The notes under the pieces are model-generated. The model saw only the letters and a program-made list of their open reading frames with translations, had not been told where the DNA came from and made no database searches. The position numbers were made by a program, and so were the translations under genes. This document shows positions 41,101-53,365 of a DNA stretch of 64,000 nt, piece by piece (the first letter of the stretch is position 1; each line of letters begins with the position of its first letter). Source of the stretch: Octopus sinensis (Eukaryota); NCBI RefSeq assembly GCF_006345805.1, contig NC_042997.1:211234001-211298000 (forward strand). Direction: 5' to 3'.

Positions 41101-44100
41101 CATCTTTGATGTTTTTCAATCCATTATATTTTATGTTTAAATATATGAGAGGTTCGTTTTCTATTCCAAAGAGTATCGGTTCCTTTAATCTCGCCATTTA
41201 GATGACATGAAACTCAAAAAACTCTCACAAAAATTTTACTTGATCAAAAGATTCTAAACCTTTAAAACTATTTTTGCCTTGGCTTTTTGCTGCCTTCGGA
41301 AAATTTGTATGATCTTTGATGTTTTTCAATCAATTATCTTTTATGTTTAAATATATGAGAGGTTCGTTTTCGATTCCAAAGAGCATCGGTTCCTTTAATC
41401 TCGCCATTTAGATGACATGAAACTCAAAAAAACTCTCACAAAGATTTTACCTTGATCAAAAGATTCTAATCCTTTAAAACTATTTTTGACTTGGATTTTT
41501 GCTGCCTTCGGACAATTTGTATCATCTTTGATGTTTTTCAATCAATTATCTTTTATGTTTAAATATATGAGAGGTTCGTTTTCTATTCCAAAGAGCATCG
41601 GTTCCTTTAATCTCGCCATTTAGATGACATGAAACTTAAAAAACTCTCACAAAGATTTTACCTTGATCAAAAGATTCTAAACTTTAAAACTATTTTTGCC
41701 TTGGCTTTTTGCTGCCTTCGGAAAATTTGTATCATCTTTGATTTTTCAATTCAATTATCTTTTATGTTTAAATATATGAGAGGTTCGTTTTCGATTCCAA
41801 AGAGCATCGGTTCCTTTAATCTCGCCATTTAGATGACATGAAACTCAAAAAAACTCTCAAAGATTTTACCTTGTTCAAAAGATTCTAATCCTTTAAAACT
41901 ATTTTTGCCTTGGCTTTTTGCTGCCTTCGGAATATTTGTATGATCTTTGATGTTTTTAAATCAATTATCTTTTATGTTTAAATATATGAGAGGTTCGTTT
42001 TCGATTCCAAAGAGCATCGGTTCCTTTCATCTCGCCATTTAGATGACATGAAACTCAAAAAAACTCTCACAAAGGTTTTACCTTGATCAAAATATTCTAA
42101 TCCTTTAAAGCTATTTTTGACTTTGCTTTTTGTTGCCTTCGGAAAATTTGTATCATCCTTGATGTTTTTCAATCAATTATCTTTTATGTTTAAATATATG
42201 AGAGGTTCGTTTTCGATTCCAAAGAGCATCGGTTCCTTTAATCTCGCCATTTAGATGACATGAAACTCAAAAAAACTCTCACAAAGATTTTACCTTGATC
42301 AAAAGATTCTAATCCTTTAAAACTATTTTTGACTTGGCTTTTTGCTGCCTTTGGAAAATTTGTATCATCTTTGATGTTTTTCAATCAATTATCTTTTATG
42401 TTTAAATATATGAGAGGTTCGTTATCTATTCCAAAGAGCATCGGTTCCTTTAATCTCGCCATTTAGATGACATGAAACTCAAAAAAACTCTCACAATGAT
42501 TTTACCTTGATCAAAAGATTCTAATCCTTTAAAACTATTTTTGACTTGGCTTTTTGCTGCCTTCGGAAAATTTGTATCATCTTTGATGATTTGGAATCAA
42601 TTATCTTTTATGTTTAAATATATGAGAGGTTCGTTTTCGATTCTAAAGATCATCGGTTCCTTTCATCTCGCCATTTAGATGACATGAAACTTAAAAAACT
42701 CTGACAAAAATTTTAACTCGATCAAAAGATTCTAAACGTTTAAACTATTTTTGCCTTGGCTTTTTGCTGCCTTCGGAAAATTTGTATCATCTTTGATATT
42801 TTTCATTCAATAATCTTTTATGTTTAAATATATGAGAGGTTCGTTTTCGATTCGAAAGAGCATCGGTTCCTTTCGTCTCGCCATTTAGATGACATGAAAC
42901 TCAAAAAAACTCTCACAAAAATTTTAACTTGATCAAAAGATTCTAAACCTTTAAAACTATTTTTGCCTTGGCTTTTTGCTGCCTTCGGAAAATTTGTATC
43001 ATCTTTGATGTTTTTCAATCAATTATCTTTTATGTTTAAATATATGAGGGGTTCGTTTTCTGTTCCAAAGAGCATCGGTTCCTTTAATCTCGTCATTTAG
43101 ATGACATGAAACTCAAAAAAACTCTCACAAAGATTTTACCTTGATCAAAAGATTCTAATTCTTTAACACTATTTTTGCCTTGGCTTTTTGCTGCCTTCGG
43201 AAAATTTGTATCATCTTTGATGTTTTTCAATCAATTATCTTTTATGTTTAAATATATGAGGGGTTCGTTTTCTGTTCCAAAGAGCATCGGTTCCTTTCAT
43301 CTCGCCATTTAGATGACATGAAACTCAAAAATCTCTCACAAAGATTTTACCTTGATCAAAAGATTCTAATCGTTTAAAACTATTTTTGCCTTGGCTTTTT
43401 GCTTCCTTCGGAAAATTAGTATCATCTTTGATGGTTTTCAATCAATCATCTTTTATGTTTAAATATATGAGAGGTTCGTTTTCTATTCCAAAGAGTATCG
43501 GGTCCTTTCATCTCGCCATTTAGATGACATGAAACTCAAAAAATCTCTCACAAAGATTTTACCTTGATCAAAAGATTCTAATCCTTTAAAACTATTTTTG
43601 ACTTGGCTTTTTGCTGCCTTCGGAAAATTTGTATCATCTTTGATGTTTTTCAATCAATTATCTTTTATGTTTAAATATATGAGAGGTTCGTTTTCGATTC
43701 CAAAGATCATCGGTTCCTTTAATCTCGCCATTTAGATGACATGAAACTCAAAAAACTCTCACAAAGATTTTAACTTGATCAAAAGATTCTAAACGTTTAA
43801 AACTATTTTTGCCTTGGCTTTTTGCTGCCTTCGGAAAATTTGTATCATCGTTGACATTTTTCATTCAATAATCTTTTATGTTTATATATATGAGAGGTTC
43901 GTTTTCTATTCCAAAGAGTATCGGTTCCTTTAATCTCGCCATTTAGATGACATGAAACTCAAAAAAACTCTCACAAAGATTTTACCTTGATCAAAAGTTT
44001 CTAAACCTTTAAAACTATTTTTGCCTTGGCTTTTTGCTGTCTTCGGAAAATTTGTATCATCTTTGATGTTTTTCAATCAATTATCTTTTATGTTTAAATA

Positions 44101-45146
44101 TATGAGAGGTTCGTTTTCTATTCCAAAGAGTATCGGTTCCTTTCGTCTCGCCATTTAGATGACATGAAACTCAAAAAAACTCTGACAAAGATTTTACCTT
44201 GATCAAAAGATTCTAATCCTTTAAAACTATTTTTGACTTGGCTTTTTGCTGCCTTCGGAAAATTTGTATCATCTTTGATGTTTTTCAATCAATTATCTTT
44301 TATGTTTAAATATATGAGAGGTTCGTTTTCGATACCAAAGAGCATCGGTTCCTTTCGTCTCGCCATTTAGATGACATGAAACTCAAAAAAACTCTCACAA
44401 AGATTTTACCTTGATCAAAAGATTCTAAACCTTTAAAACTATGTTTGCCTTGGCTTTTTGCTGCCTTCGGAAAATTTGTATCATCTTTGATGATTTGGAA
44501 TCAATTATCTTTTATGTTTAAATATATGAGAGGTTCGTTTTCGATTCGAAAAAGCATCGGTTCCTTTCGTCTCGCCATTTAGATGACATGAAACTCAAAA
44601 AAACTCTCACAAAAATTTTAACTTGATCAAAAGATTCTAAACCTTTAAAACTATTTTTGCCTTGGCTTTTTCCTGCCTTCGGAAAATTAGTATCATCTTT
44701 GATGGTTTTCAATCAATTATCTTTTATGTTTAAATATATGAGAGGTTCGTTTTCTATTCCAAAGAGCATCGGGTCCTTTCATCTCGCCATTTAGATGACA
44801 TGAAACTCAAAAAAACTCTCACAAAGATTTTACCTTGATCAAAACATTCTAATCCTTTAAAACTATTTTTGACTTGGCTTTTTGCTGCCTTCGGAAAATT
44901 TGTATCATCTTTGATGTTTTTCAATCAATTATCTTTTATGTTTAAATATATGAGAGGTTCGTTTTCGATTCCAAAGAGCATCGGTTCCTTTAATCTCGCC
45001 ATTTAGATGACTTGAAACTCAAAAAACCTCTCACAAAAATTTTACCTCGATCAAAAGATTCTAAACGTTTAAAACTATTTTTGCCATGGCTTTTTGCTGC
45101 CTTCGGAAAATTTGTATCATATTTGATGTTTTTCAATCAATTATCT
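29177..45146. repeat. Tandem satellite DNA array, ~212-bp monomer, about 75 copies
   Basis: Continuous head-to-tail copies of ...aaatatatgagaggttcgttttcgattccaaagagcatcggttcc...gatgacatgaaactc...cttcggaaaatttgtatcatctttgatg... ORF-track repeats recur at 211-212 bp spacing. Confidence 0.98.
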
Positions 45147-45775
45147 GGATCTTTTCAGGTTCGTAGCCTGATTTGTCAAATTTTTCCTACTTAACCAAAC
45201 AATTTGAAACTTCGTATATTGGTAGAAAGTGTCAAAAGTAAACTTAATTGTAAACCAGAATGAAAACGGAATTGTAACTTCTAAGTTTTACATTATTTGA
45301 TAATTAGAATTTTAACCAATATTCTTTGGTCTTTCGGCTTGATATTATTTACTCCGTCTTAACAGAAGTGTACACCAATTTGGTGACGTACTAAACATAC
45401 ATGTGAAATGCAAACACAACTGAAATTTTTTATATATTATTAACTAACTTATATATTAAACTTATATATTACATAACTAACTTAGTTTTTGTAAATTTTT
45501 GTATATTTTTTGTGATTTTTATTCCTTACTTTATTCGTGTAACTTTTATTTCTGTAACTTTTTATCTTTGGCAATCTTTCGTTTGTAGTAGACCTTTCCG
45601 TGATAAATGAAATTTTTTACTCGGTGTATGTGTATATGTATGTATGTGTGTGTGTGTGTGTGTATCTATGTATGTGTGTGTGTGTATGTATGTGTGTGTA
45701 TGTATGTGTGTGTGTATGTATGTATGGCCGATTCAGTGTTTACATTATTTCGAGTTAAAACGAATGGCGTAGCAG

Positions 45776-48643
45776 CACCATAGTCAACTGCTACAAGGGT
45801 AAGGGTGATGCTCTAGATAGAAATAACTACAGGGGTATTAAACTGTTGGATCAGGTGATGAAGGCTACAGAGAGGGTCATAACCCATCTCATTAGGGAGA
45901 GAATTTGCTTAGATAAGATGTAGTTCGGTTTTGTGCCGGGTAGAAGCACCACTGATGCTATATTCCTAGTCCGACAACTGCAGGAGAAGTACCTAGCTAA
46001 AGATAAACCCCTCTACATAGCTTTTGTGGACTTGGAGAAAGCCTTTGACAGGGTTCCCTGATCCCTTATCTGGTGGTCGATGCGGAAACTGTTGATTGAC
46101 AAATGGCTAATAAGGGCTGTACAGGCTCTATACAGAGAGGCTGTCAGCAAGGTTAGGATTGGCAACGAATATAGTGAAGAATTCCGGGTAGAAGTAGGTG
46201 TACACCAGGGCTCAGCCCTCAGTTCCCTTTTATTCATCATAGTCCTCCAGGCAATAACTGAGGAATTCAAAACAGGTTGCCCTTGGGAGCTCCTCTATGC
46301 TGATGACCTGGCCCTCATAGCAGAATCACTACCGGAACTAAAAATGAAATTTCGGGTGTGTAAACAAGGGTTAGAATCAAAGGGCCTTAGAGTAAATGTA
46401 GCGAAGACCAAAGTTATAGTATGCAGAAAGGCGAACTCAGCACACACCCCATCGGGCAGGTGGCCCTGCTCGAGCTGTAGGAAAGGTGTAGGTAGAAACT
46501 CCATAAGATGCACCCAGTGTAAGCTATGGACGCATAAGAGGTGCAACAACATCAAAGGGAAATTAACTGATAAGATAGCTTTCATGTGCGGCAGATGCAC
46601 AGGGACAATAGACACCACAGACACTCAGAAAACAGATTCCATCACACTCCAGGGGGAGAAACTAGAAGTAGTTGATAGTTTCCGCTACCTGGGTGACCAA
46701 GTTAGTAGTGGGGGGTGGATGCTCAGAGAGTGTCACCACCAGAACACGAATAGCCTGGGCAAAGTTTAGAAAGCTCCTACCCCTACTGGCGACAAAGGGT
46801 CTCTCACTCAGAGTGAAAGGTAGATTGTATGATGCATGTGTGCGAACTGCCATGCTTCACGGCAGTGAAACATGGGCCGTGACTGCAGAGGACATGCGTA
46901 GACTTGAAAGAAATGAAGCTAGCATGATCTGCTGGATGTGTAATGTCAGTGTGAATACACGACAGAGTGTAAGCACCCTGAGAGAAATGCTAGGCACAAG
47001 AAGCATCAGATGCGGTGTGCAAGAGCGACGCTTGCGATGGTATGGTCATGTACTGCGGATGGATGAGGAGAGATGTGTGAAGAAGTGCCACTCCCGAACA
47101 GTTGAAGGAATTGGGGGAGAGGTAGACCCAGGAAGACATGGGATGAGGTAGGCAAGCATGACCACAGAGCGTTGGGCCTCACTGAGGCAATGGCGAAGGA
47201 CCGAGATCTCTGGAGATGTGCTGTGACTACTAAGACCCGTGATGCTTCCGGCACCAGTTCCGCATAGCCCCTGCCCATCCAAAGTACCTTGGATCCCAGA
47301 ACATCTTGCTGTGCTTGAGGAGACCTGTTGAGTCAAGTACATGAACATCGAAACAAATATCAATGGAAACAGTAGTTGTGATACCTGTGCCGGTGACATA
47401 AAAAGTACCATCCGAACGGGGCCATTGCCAGTGCAGCCTCGACTGGCTTCTGTGCCAGTGGCACATAAAAAGCACTATCCGAACGTGACCGATGCCAACC
47501 CCGCCTCGAATGGCTTCTGTGTCGGTGGCACATAAAAAGCACCATCTGAACGTGGCCGATGCCAGCACCGCATCGACTGGCTTCTGTGCCGGTGGCACAT
47601 AAAAAGCACCAACCGATCGTGGCCGATGCCAGACCCCTCTGGCACCAGTGGCCGTTGCCAGTGCCGCCTCGACTGGCTTCTGTGCCGGTGGCACATAAAA
47701 AAGCACCATCCGAACGTGACCGATGCCAACCCCGCCTCGAATGGCTTCTGTGCCGGTGGCACATAAAAAGCACCATCCGAACGTGACCAATGCCAGCACC
47801 GCCTCGACTGGCTTCTGTGCCGGTGGAACATAAAAAGGACCAACCGATCATGGCCGATGCCAGACCCCTCTGGCACCAGTGGCCGTTGCCATTGCCGCCT
47901 CGACTGGCTTCTGTGCCGGTGGCACATAAAAAGGCACCATCCGAACGTGACCGATGCCAACCCTGCCTCGACTTGCTTCTGTGCCGGTGGCACATAAAAA
48001 ACACAATCCTAACATGGCCGATGCCAGCACCGCCTCGACTGGCTTCTGTGCCGGTGGCACATAAAAAGCACCAACCGATCGTGGCCGATGCCAGACACCT
48101 CTGGTACCAGTGGCCGTTGCCAGTGCCGCCTCGACTTGCTTCTGTGCCGGTGGCACATAAAAAAGCACCATCCAAACGTGACCGATGCCAACCCCGCGTC
48201 AAATGGCTTCTGTGCCGGTGGCACATAAAAAGCACCATCCGAACGTGGCCGATGCCAGCACCGCCTCGACTGGCTTCTGTGACGGTGGCACATAGAAAGC
48301 ACCAACCGATCGTGGCCGATGCCAGACCCCTCTGGCACCTGTGCAGGTGGCACGTAAAAAGCACCAACCGATCGTGGCCGATGCCAGACCCCTCTGGCAC
48401 CTGTGCAGGTGGCACGTAAAAAAGCACCAACCGAACGTGGCCGATGCCAGACCCCTTTGGCACCTGTGCAGGTGGCACGTAAAAAGCACCCACTACACTC
48501 GCGGAGTGGTTGGCGTTAGGAAACACTGCCAGATGAGACTGGAGCCTGGAGCAGCCCCTGGCTCCCCAAACCCCGGTCGAACCGTCCAACCCGTGCTAGC
48601 GCGGAAAACGGACGTTAAACGATGATGATGATGATGATGATGA
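45776..48643 (+). mobile_element. RTE-clade LINE, 5'-truncated, with RT, inserted Cys-rich finger, repeat-expanded 3' UTR and (GAT)n tail
   Basis: YKGKGD...NYRGIKLL, FGFVPGRSTTDAIF, AFVDLEKAFDRVP, GVHQGSALS, LLYADDL, RLRWYGHVLRM. In-frame stops and a frameshift at ~46710. Confidence 0.93.
47380..48490 (+). repeat. Minisatellite (~60-65-nt units, ~233-bp higher-order period) in the RTE 3' UTR
   Basis: Repeated ctcgactggcttctgtgccggtggcacataaaaagcacc. The marker ccagtggccgttgcc recurs at ~47645, ~47876 and ~48107. Confidence 0.9.
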
Positions 48644-50060
48644 TACACTGAGTAAAAAATTTCAGTTATCTCTCTCTTTCACACATTACTCTCTCTGTCT
48701 CTTCACACACACTAACAGGGCTTGATGATTGGGGTGGCATCTTGAGAGGGGTTCCAGGGAAACAAGGTGTGGTTTAGGAACCCGAGGATGTACCTCATGA
48801 AACACGTGTTGACAAAGAATAAAACAGTAATTTATTTATGTATTTTTTGGTATACAACCTGCCATTAACCCCTTTCTTATAAAATAGTTGAAGAATCTGG
48901 GGTGTAGGAATTGGGACAGTATTGGAACTTTTAACTTCTTGCTCTCTATCTTATGATCTCCGAAATTTAAGAATCTTGTGTTAACTGGGCTCTTATTATT
49001 TACTCTGACTCTGCCACCACCTCAATGCAAAGACTATCAATATCAGAATCATCTTCACAACCACTACTGAGACATCCTAACATAATCAATGCCACTACTT
49101 CTATCATCATCATCCACTTCCACCACCACCACCACCACCACCACCACCTCTGCAAAAACACCAACACTATAATTGCTGCCATCATACACATCCACTGTCA
49201 CCACTACACCACCACCACTGCCATGATAACCACATCTACCACCTCCAACACCATTGCCACCACTATCTATGAGACATCCTAAGTTAGATACTACTTTCAC
49301 TTTCTAGTTGCTCTTTGAGTTTATTATATCTAATCTATCTCTCTAAAAGATGCAAACCAAGTAGCATTAAATGGAGAATGGATGTGAGCAGAAAGAGAGT
49401 AAGTTCCATTCCAGTTTACAACAATTATAGAATTATTCTCAAACCATAAATGAAGGGTGGAGAGGAGTGAAGGAGGAGTCATGTTTCCTCCGAGAGGTTA
49501 CAGAAGTATTATTACACTGTTGTTAGAATAGCTGTGGAAAATGTATGTTGAAATCAAATTTGATGCTAAATTCTTTTATAGTCATGTTCCCAAGTAAATA
49601 AACATAATCAATTTGAACAGTCTGAGTAAAATAACTACTTTCTTTAATTATTAATCAGGTGTTTGGATCAACAAAATTATGAGATAAAGGTGAGAAGGTC
49701 AATAGAGTGTCTATCTGCTTGTAACTATGTAGACACTTAAAATAATGAGTGAAAGCATGGTATACATTACTAAGTCATACTCGCTTGCAGGCAGTTACTA
49801 TGATTTTTTTTATCTGCTTATATATATGCAATGAAGCATTGATGTTTCATTGTATATTTGGACATAACAATTAATTCTTCATCGTCAAACTGTCCAACCC
49901 ATGCCAGCATGAAACATGGATGTTAAATGATGTTGACTACATGATGACACTTCACATTATTGAAACATTGGGAATAGGAACTAGATCATCTGATGATGTT
50001 AACACATGACAGAGTGGCTTCCTCTCCATGTAGCGAGAAAGATTTTAATTGATATGTTTC

Positions 50061-50251
50061 TCCTTTTAGCATTTAAACCGGCCATATCTGGCCCAAATAT
50101 TCTACCTGTTTTATGTTCAAACCGGTCAGGCCTGGCCTCTAGAAAGTCAATCTAAAAATAAGCAATCAGATCAATTAAATCTCAAGGCTACAGTAATGCA
50201 TGATTAATTCAAAGCAATGTGAATAAACAATCTGAATGTTAAGGAGTTAAG
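50061..50251. mobile_element. Degenerate piggyBac-like MITE
   Basis: ccttttagcattta... and ...tgaatgttaaggagTTAA form imperfect TIRs, with TTAA at the right end only. Confidence 0.35.
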
Positions 50252-51341
50252 ATGAAACAAGAATTGAACACTGGTTTTTAACAGTGATATCAGAGATCTT
50301 TTAAATTGAATTACATCACTTTTAATATTAAAACAAACTACTGTAACAATGTTAAACAAAATAATTGCATTCTTATTTGAACTAAAATCCATCATTCTCA
50401 GTATCATAAATACTTACATGTTTGTCTTGTCTAATAAATGGAAGATTACTGAACATAAGACACTTGGGTCACTCAGCCAAGTTTTATCTGAGCAATATAT
50501 GTGAAAGTTCTGGAAATTTGTGACCTTTTTGTATTTCAAATAATGTGCAAGTCTGAGAATAATATACATTGTTGGATACAGACATATATTTTAGATTTTC
50601 TCAAAAAGTCTAACAATTGCTGACTAATATAACTAGCTTCTCTATTACTGCCTGTGTCTCTCCTCTCTTTTTGTTATTCTATCTACAGATAGGTTTGTAT
50701 GTGTAGTTCTTATATATACACATTCATACATTACCTCTTTTACTTGTTTCAGTTATTGAACTGTGGCACCACCTTGAAAGGTTTAGTGAAACTAATTGCG
50801 CCCACTACATATTTTTAAGTTTGTTATTTATCAGTGTCGTTTGCTAAACCGTGAAATTGCAAGGACATAAACAAAACAACACCAATTGTTAATTTGGGAT
50901 AGGGACAAACACAAAGACATTGTCTATGATGCTACTGGATCAACTAAAATATGTTACCCCCTACTATATTATTGAATAGTTTTTCTCCTATTTGTTATAC
51001 TAACTACACCCTCACACACACAAATACATTTTTTGTAAGGTGGTTGGTGTTAAATCCAGACACAGAAACTTATGTTGCAAAGAGAAAGTATGAACAAAAT
51101 GTAGTCCTGCAACTCAGTTGGGAGTGGAGGTGGAGGTACTGGCTCAGTTCTGCCCAACTAATGCCAGCATAGAAAAGTGATGATAATGCGGATCATGAAT
51201 ATCATCATCATCGTTTAATGTCCGTTTTCCATGCTAGCATGGGTTGGACGGTTCAACCGGGATCTGGGAAGCCAGAAGGCTGCACCAGGCTCCAGTCTGA
51301 TCTGGCAGTGTTTCTACAGCTGGATGCCCTTCATAATGCCA

Positions 51342-51441
51342 NNNNNNNNNNNNNNNNNNNNNNNNNNNNNNNNNNNNNNNNNNNNNNNNNNNNNNNNNNN
51401 NNNNNNNNNNNNNNNNNNNNNNNNNNNNNNNNNNNNNNNNN
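51342..51441. other. Assembly gap (100 N)
   Basis: Run of exactly 100 N, interrupting an RTE-tail repeat. Confidence 0.99.
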
Positions 51442-52678
51442 TTGTTTCTCGGGCAATCCTATGTCTTGCTTCACAATGAACTCCTCCTTGACCCTGATGG
51501 GTCTACAGAAGCAATAATGAAGAAGTTTATCCATGCGTTTAGTGACAGAAGCAAGAATTGGTAACACAAAGAAACAGTAAATTCTTCTTTTTCTTCACCA
51601 ATAATTTTACAAATGTTATCCTACATAAGATGTAAATATTTTTTTAAATGGTCAATCATTGCACCATGATGTGGTGTTGAAAGTCCAGGCTGACAACAAT
51701 CAGTGGGATGGTCAGCTTAATGTCCCCTACACCAGCCCGTCTCCTGAAATGCTATTGGAATACCTGTCCAGAGAAAGTTTGGAATAAGGATCAATCAGAG
51801 ACTTACCATTCCAGCAGCTGCAATATTTCCCATCAACAAGATTTCCGTTTCAATCTCTTCCGTCCTTATTTCTATGAATCTAACCCAATTAACACAATCA
51901 AGCTAATTAGGGCTGGGACTGTGTGTCAAACTGATAATTACTGGTCACGATTGATGAGTTTCCTTATGAACATCATGATGTTCAGTACTGGAAGCTGGAC
52001 AAGGAAACAGACAGACAAGCAAAGATATTCAGCTGTCCATTCCTCCGTCTGTTCACCCGTTGAGGACTGATGGACTGGGGCAGCATCTTTTGGTCATTGT
52101 CCTGCTTTACACCAATGCTGTGGCTTGGGTTTAATTAAAAACAAAATACACAAAGTTGAAAATTGTAGCAAAATATTTAATTACAAAACATCGTTAAGCT
52201 GCACAAATATCAGAACTTATAAAAAAAACAAAAAATAAATAAAATGAATGCAAATGATAAAAATAGCAGAAGCATTGAAATGTTGGACGGAATCGATTTG
52301 TGTGCAAAGAGCAGACAGAGTTGATGTTCTTAGAGACATATTTCATTAAGATCATCATCGTTGTAAATTAATTAAAAATTTCTTTGTTAAAGTCGACATT
52401 TATATCATAGAATGGAGCAGAAATCTGAGATAAATCAGAATAACAACAATGTAGATATAAACACAGACATGTTTATAAACACGTTCCACCCATGCCAGCA
52501 TGGAAGGCAGACGTTAAACAAGGAGGAGGATGATGATGATGATGATGATGTATTTCTTTCGTTTTTGGTTTTGACTGGAAGCGGTGAATGTTTCTAATAC
52601 AAGTCTTTTTTTTTTTTAATGTTCTTATGTTGAAGAAATCACTAAATATATATATATACACACACACACACATGTAAT

Positions 52679-52753
<75 letters not shown>

Positions 52754-52756
52754 TAG

Positions 52757-52801
<45 letters not shown>

Positions 52802-52890
52802 CAGAAATAATTTATTCCCAAATGCATGTAATACAATAGTATGGACAGGATAAACTATCCATATATTGCAAAAAAAAAAAATCGTTACCA

Positions 52891-52961
52891 CCCAGCCATG
52901 AGACTTGAACTCACACACCTGTCATTACGCATCAAGTGATTTACCTTTAAGCTAAACTGCC
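52891..52961 (-). pseudogene. Degenerate tRNA-like sequence or SINE head
   Basis: Minus strand GGCAGTTTAGCTTAAAGGTAAA (A box) ... GAGTTCAAGTCTC (B box). Stems pair poorly. Confidence 0.4.
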
Positions 52962-53017
52962 CAGTAACAAATTGTTCTGCAATTTTAGGATTTATAAATC
53001 TAGCTTTATAAGACACT

Positions 53018-53064
<47 letters not shown>

Positions 53065-53071
53065 GTAAATA

Positions 53072-53365
53072 TGTGGAGGCACAATGCCCAGGGCAACAGA
53101 CTCGCGGTCATAGGATCACGGTTTCGATTCCCAGACTGGGTGTTGTGGGTGTTTATTTAGCGAAAACACCTAAAAGCTCCACGAGGCTCCAGCAGGGGGT
53201 GGTGGCGATCCCTGCTGTATTCTTTCATCACAACTTTTACTCTTTCTTCTGCTGGCCTGCTCGCTTAGCCAGTGGGGTGGTGTCATTTGAGGCTAAAACA
53301 ATGCAAAGCGCATTGTGACCAGTGATGTGTAGCAACATCTGATAGCCTGGTCGGTCATGGTGATA
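53072..53365 (+). mobile_element. tRNA-derived SINE (third family) inserted in (TA)n
   Basis: tgtggaggcacaatgcccag...ggtttcgattccc (B box) head, flanked on both sides by (TA)n. Confidence 0.7.

Noticed and set aside
29177-45146. CRISPR array, 5S/snRNA/tRNA tandem cluster, CENP-B box or ribozyme in the satellite monomer
   Set aside because: There are no unique spacers and no recognisable RNA-gene sequence or Pol III boxes. The TTCG-containing words lack the rest of the CENP-B box, and I found no hammerhead core in the consensus on either strand.
29705-45194. Repeated 64-90 aa ORFs (MKNIKDDTNFPKAAKSQ...) as a tandem gene family
   Set aside because: They arise from the satellite monomer, mostly start at TTG, and appear only when one variant removes a stop. 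The 212-bp period is not a multiple of three.
47230-48625. 409-aa and other long ORFs; CRISPR-like repeat-spacer appearance
   Set aside because: This is GC-rich minisatellite in a LINE 3' UTR. The intervening segments are themselves repeated, and the context is eukaryotic with no cas genes.
49000-49300. His/Thr-rich ORFs
   Set aside because: Degenerate (CAC/CAT)n low-complexity sequence, as also at ~59840-59970.
52080-52115. Tc1 transposase motif (QDNDQK on the minus strand)
   Set aside because: An isolated short match with no correctly spaced SPDLNPIE motif or TIRs.
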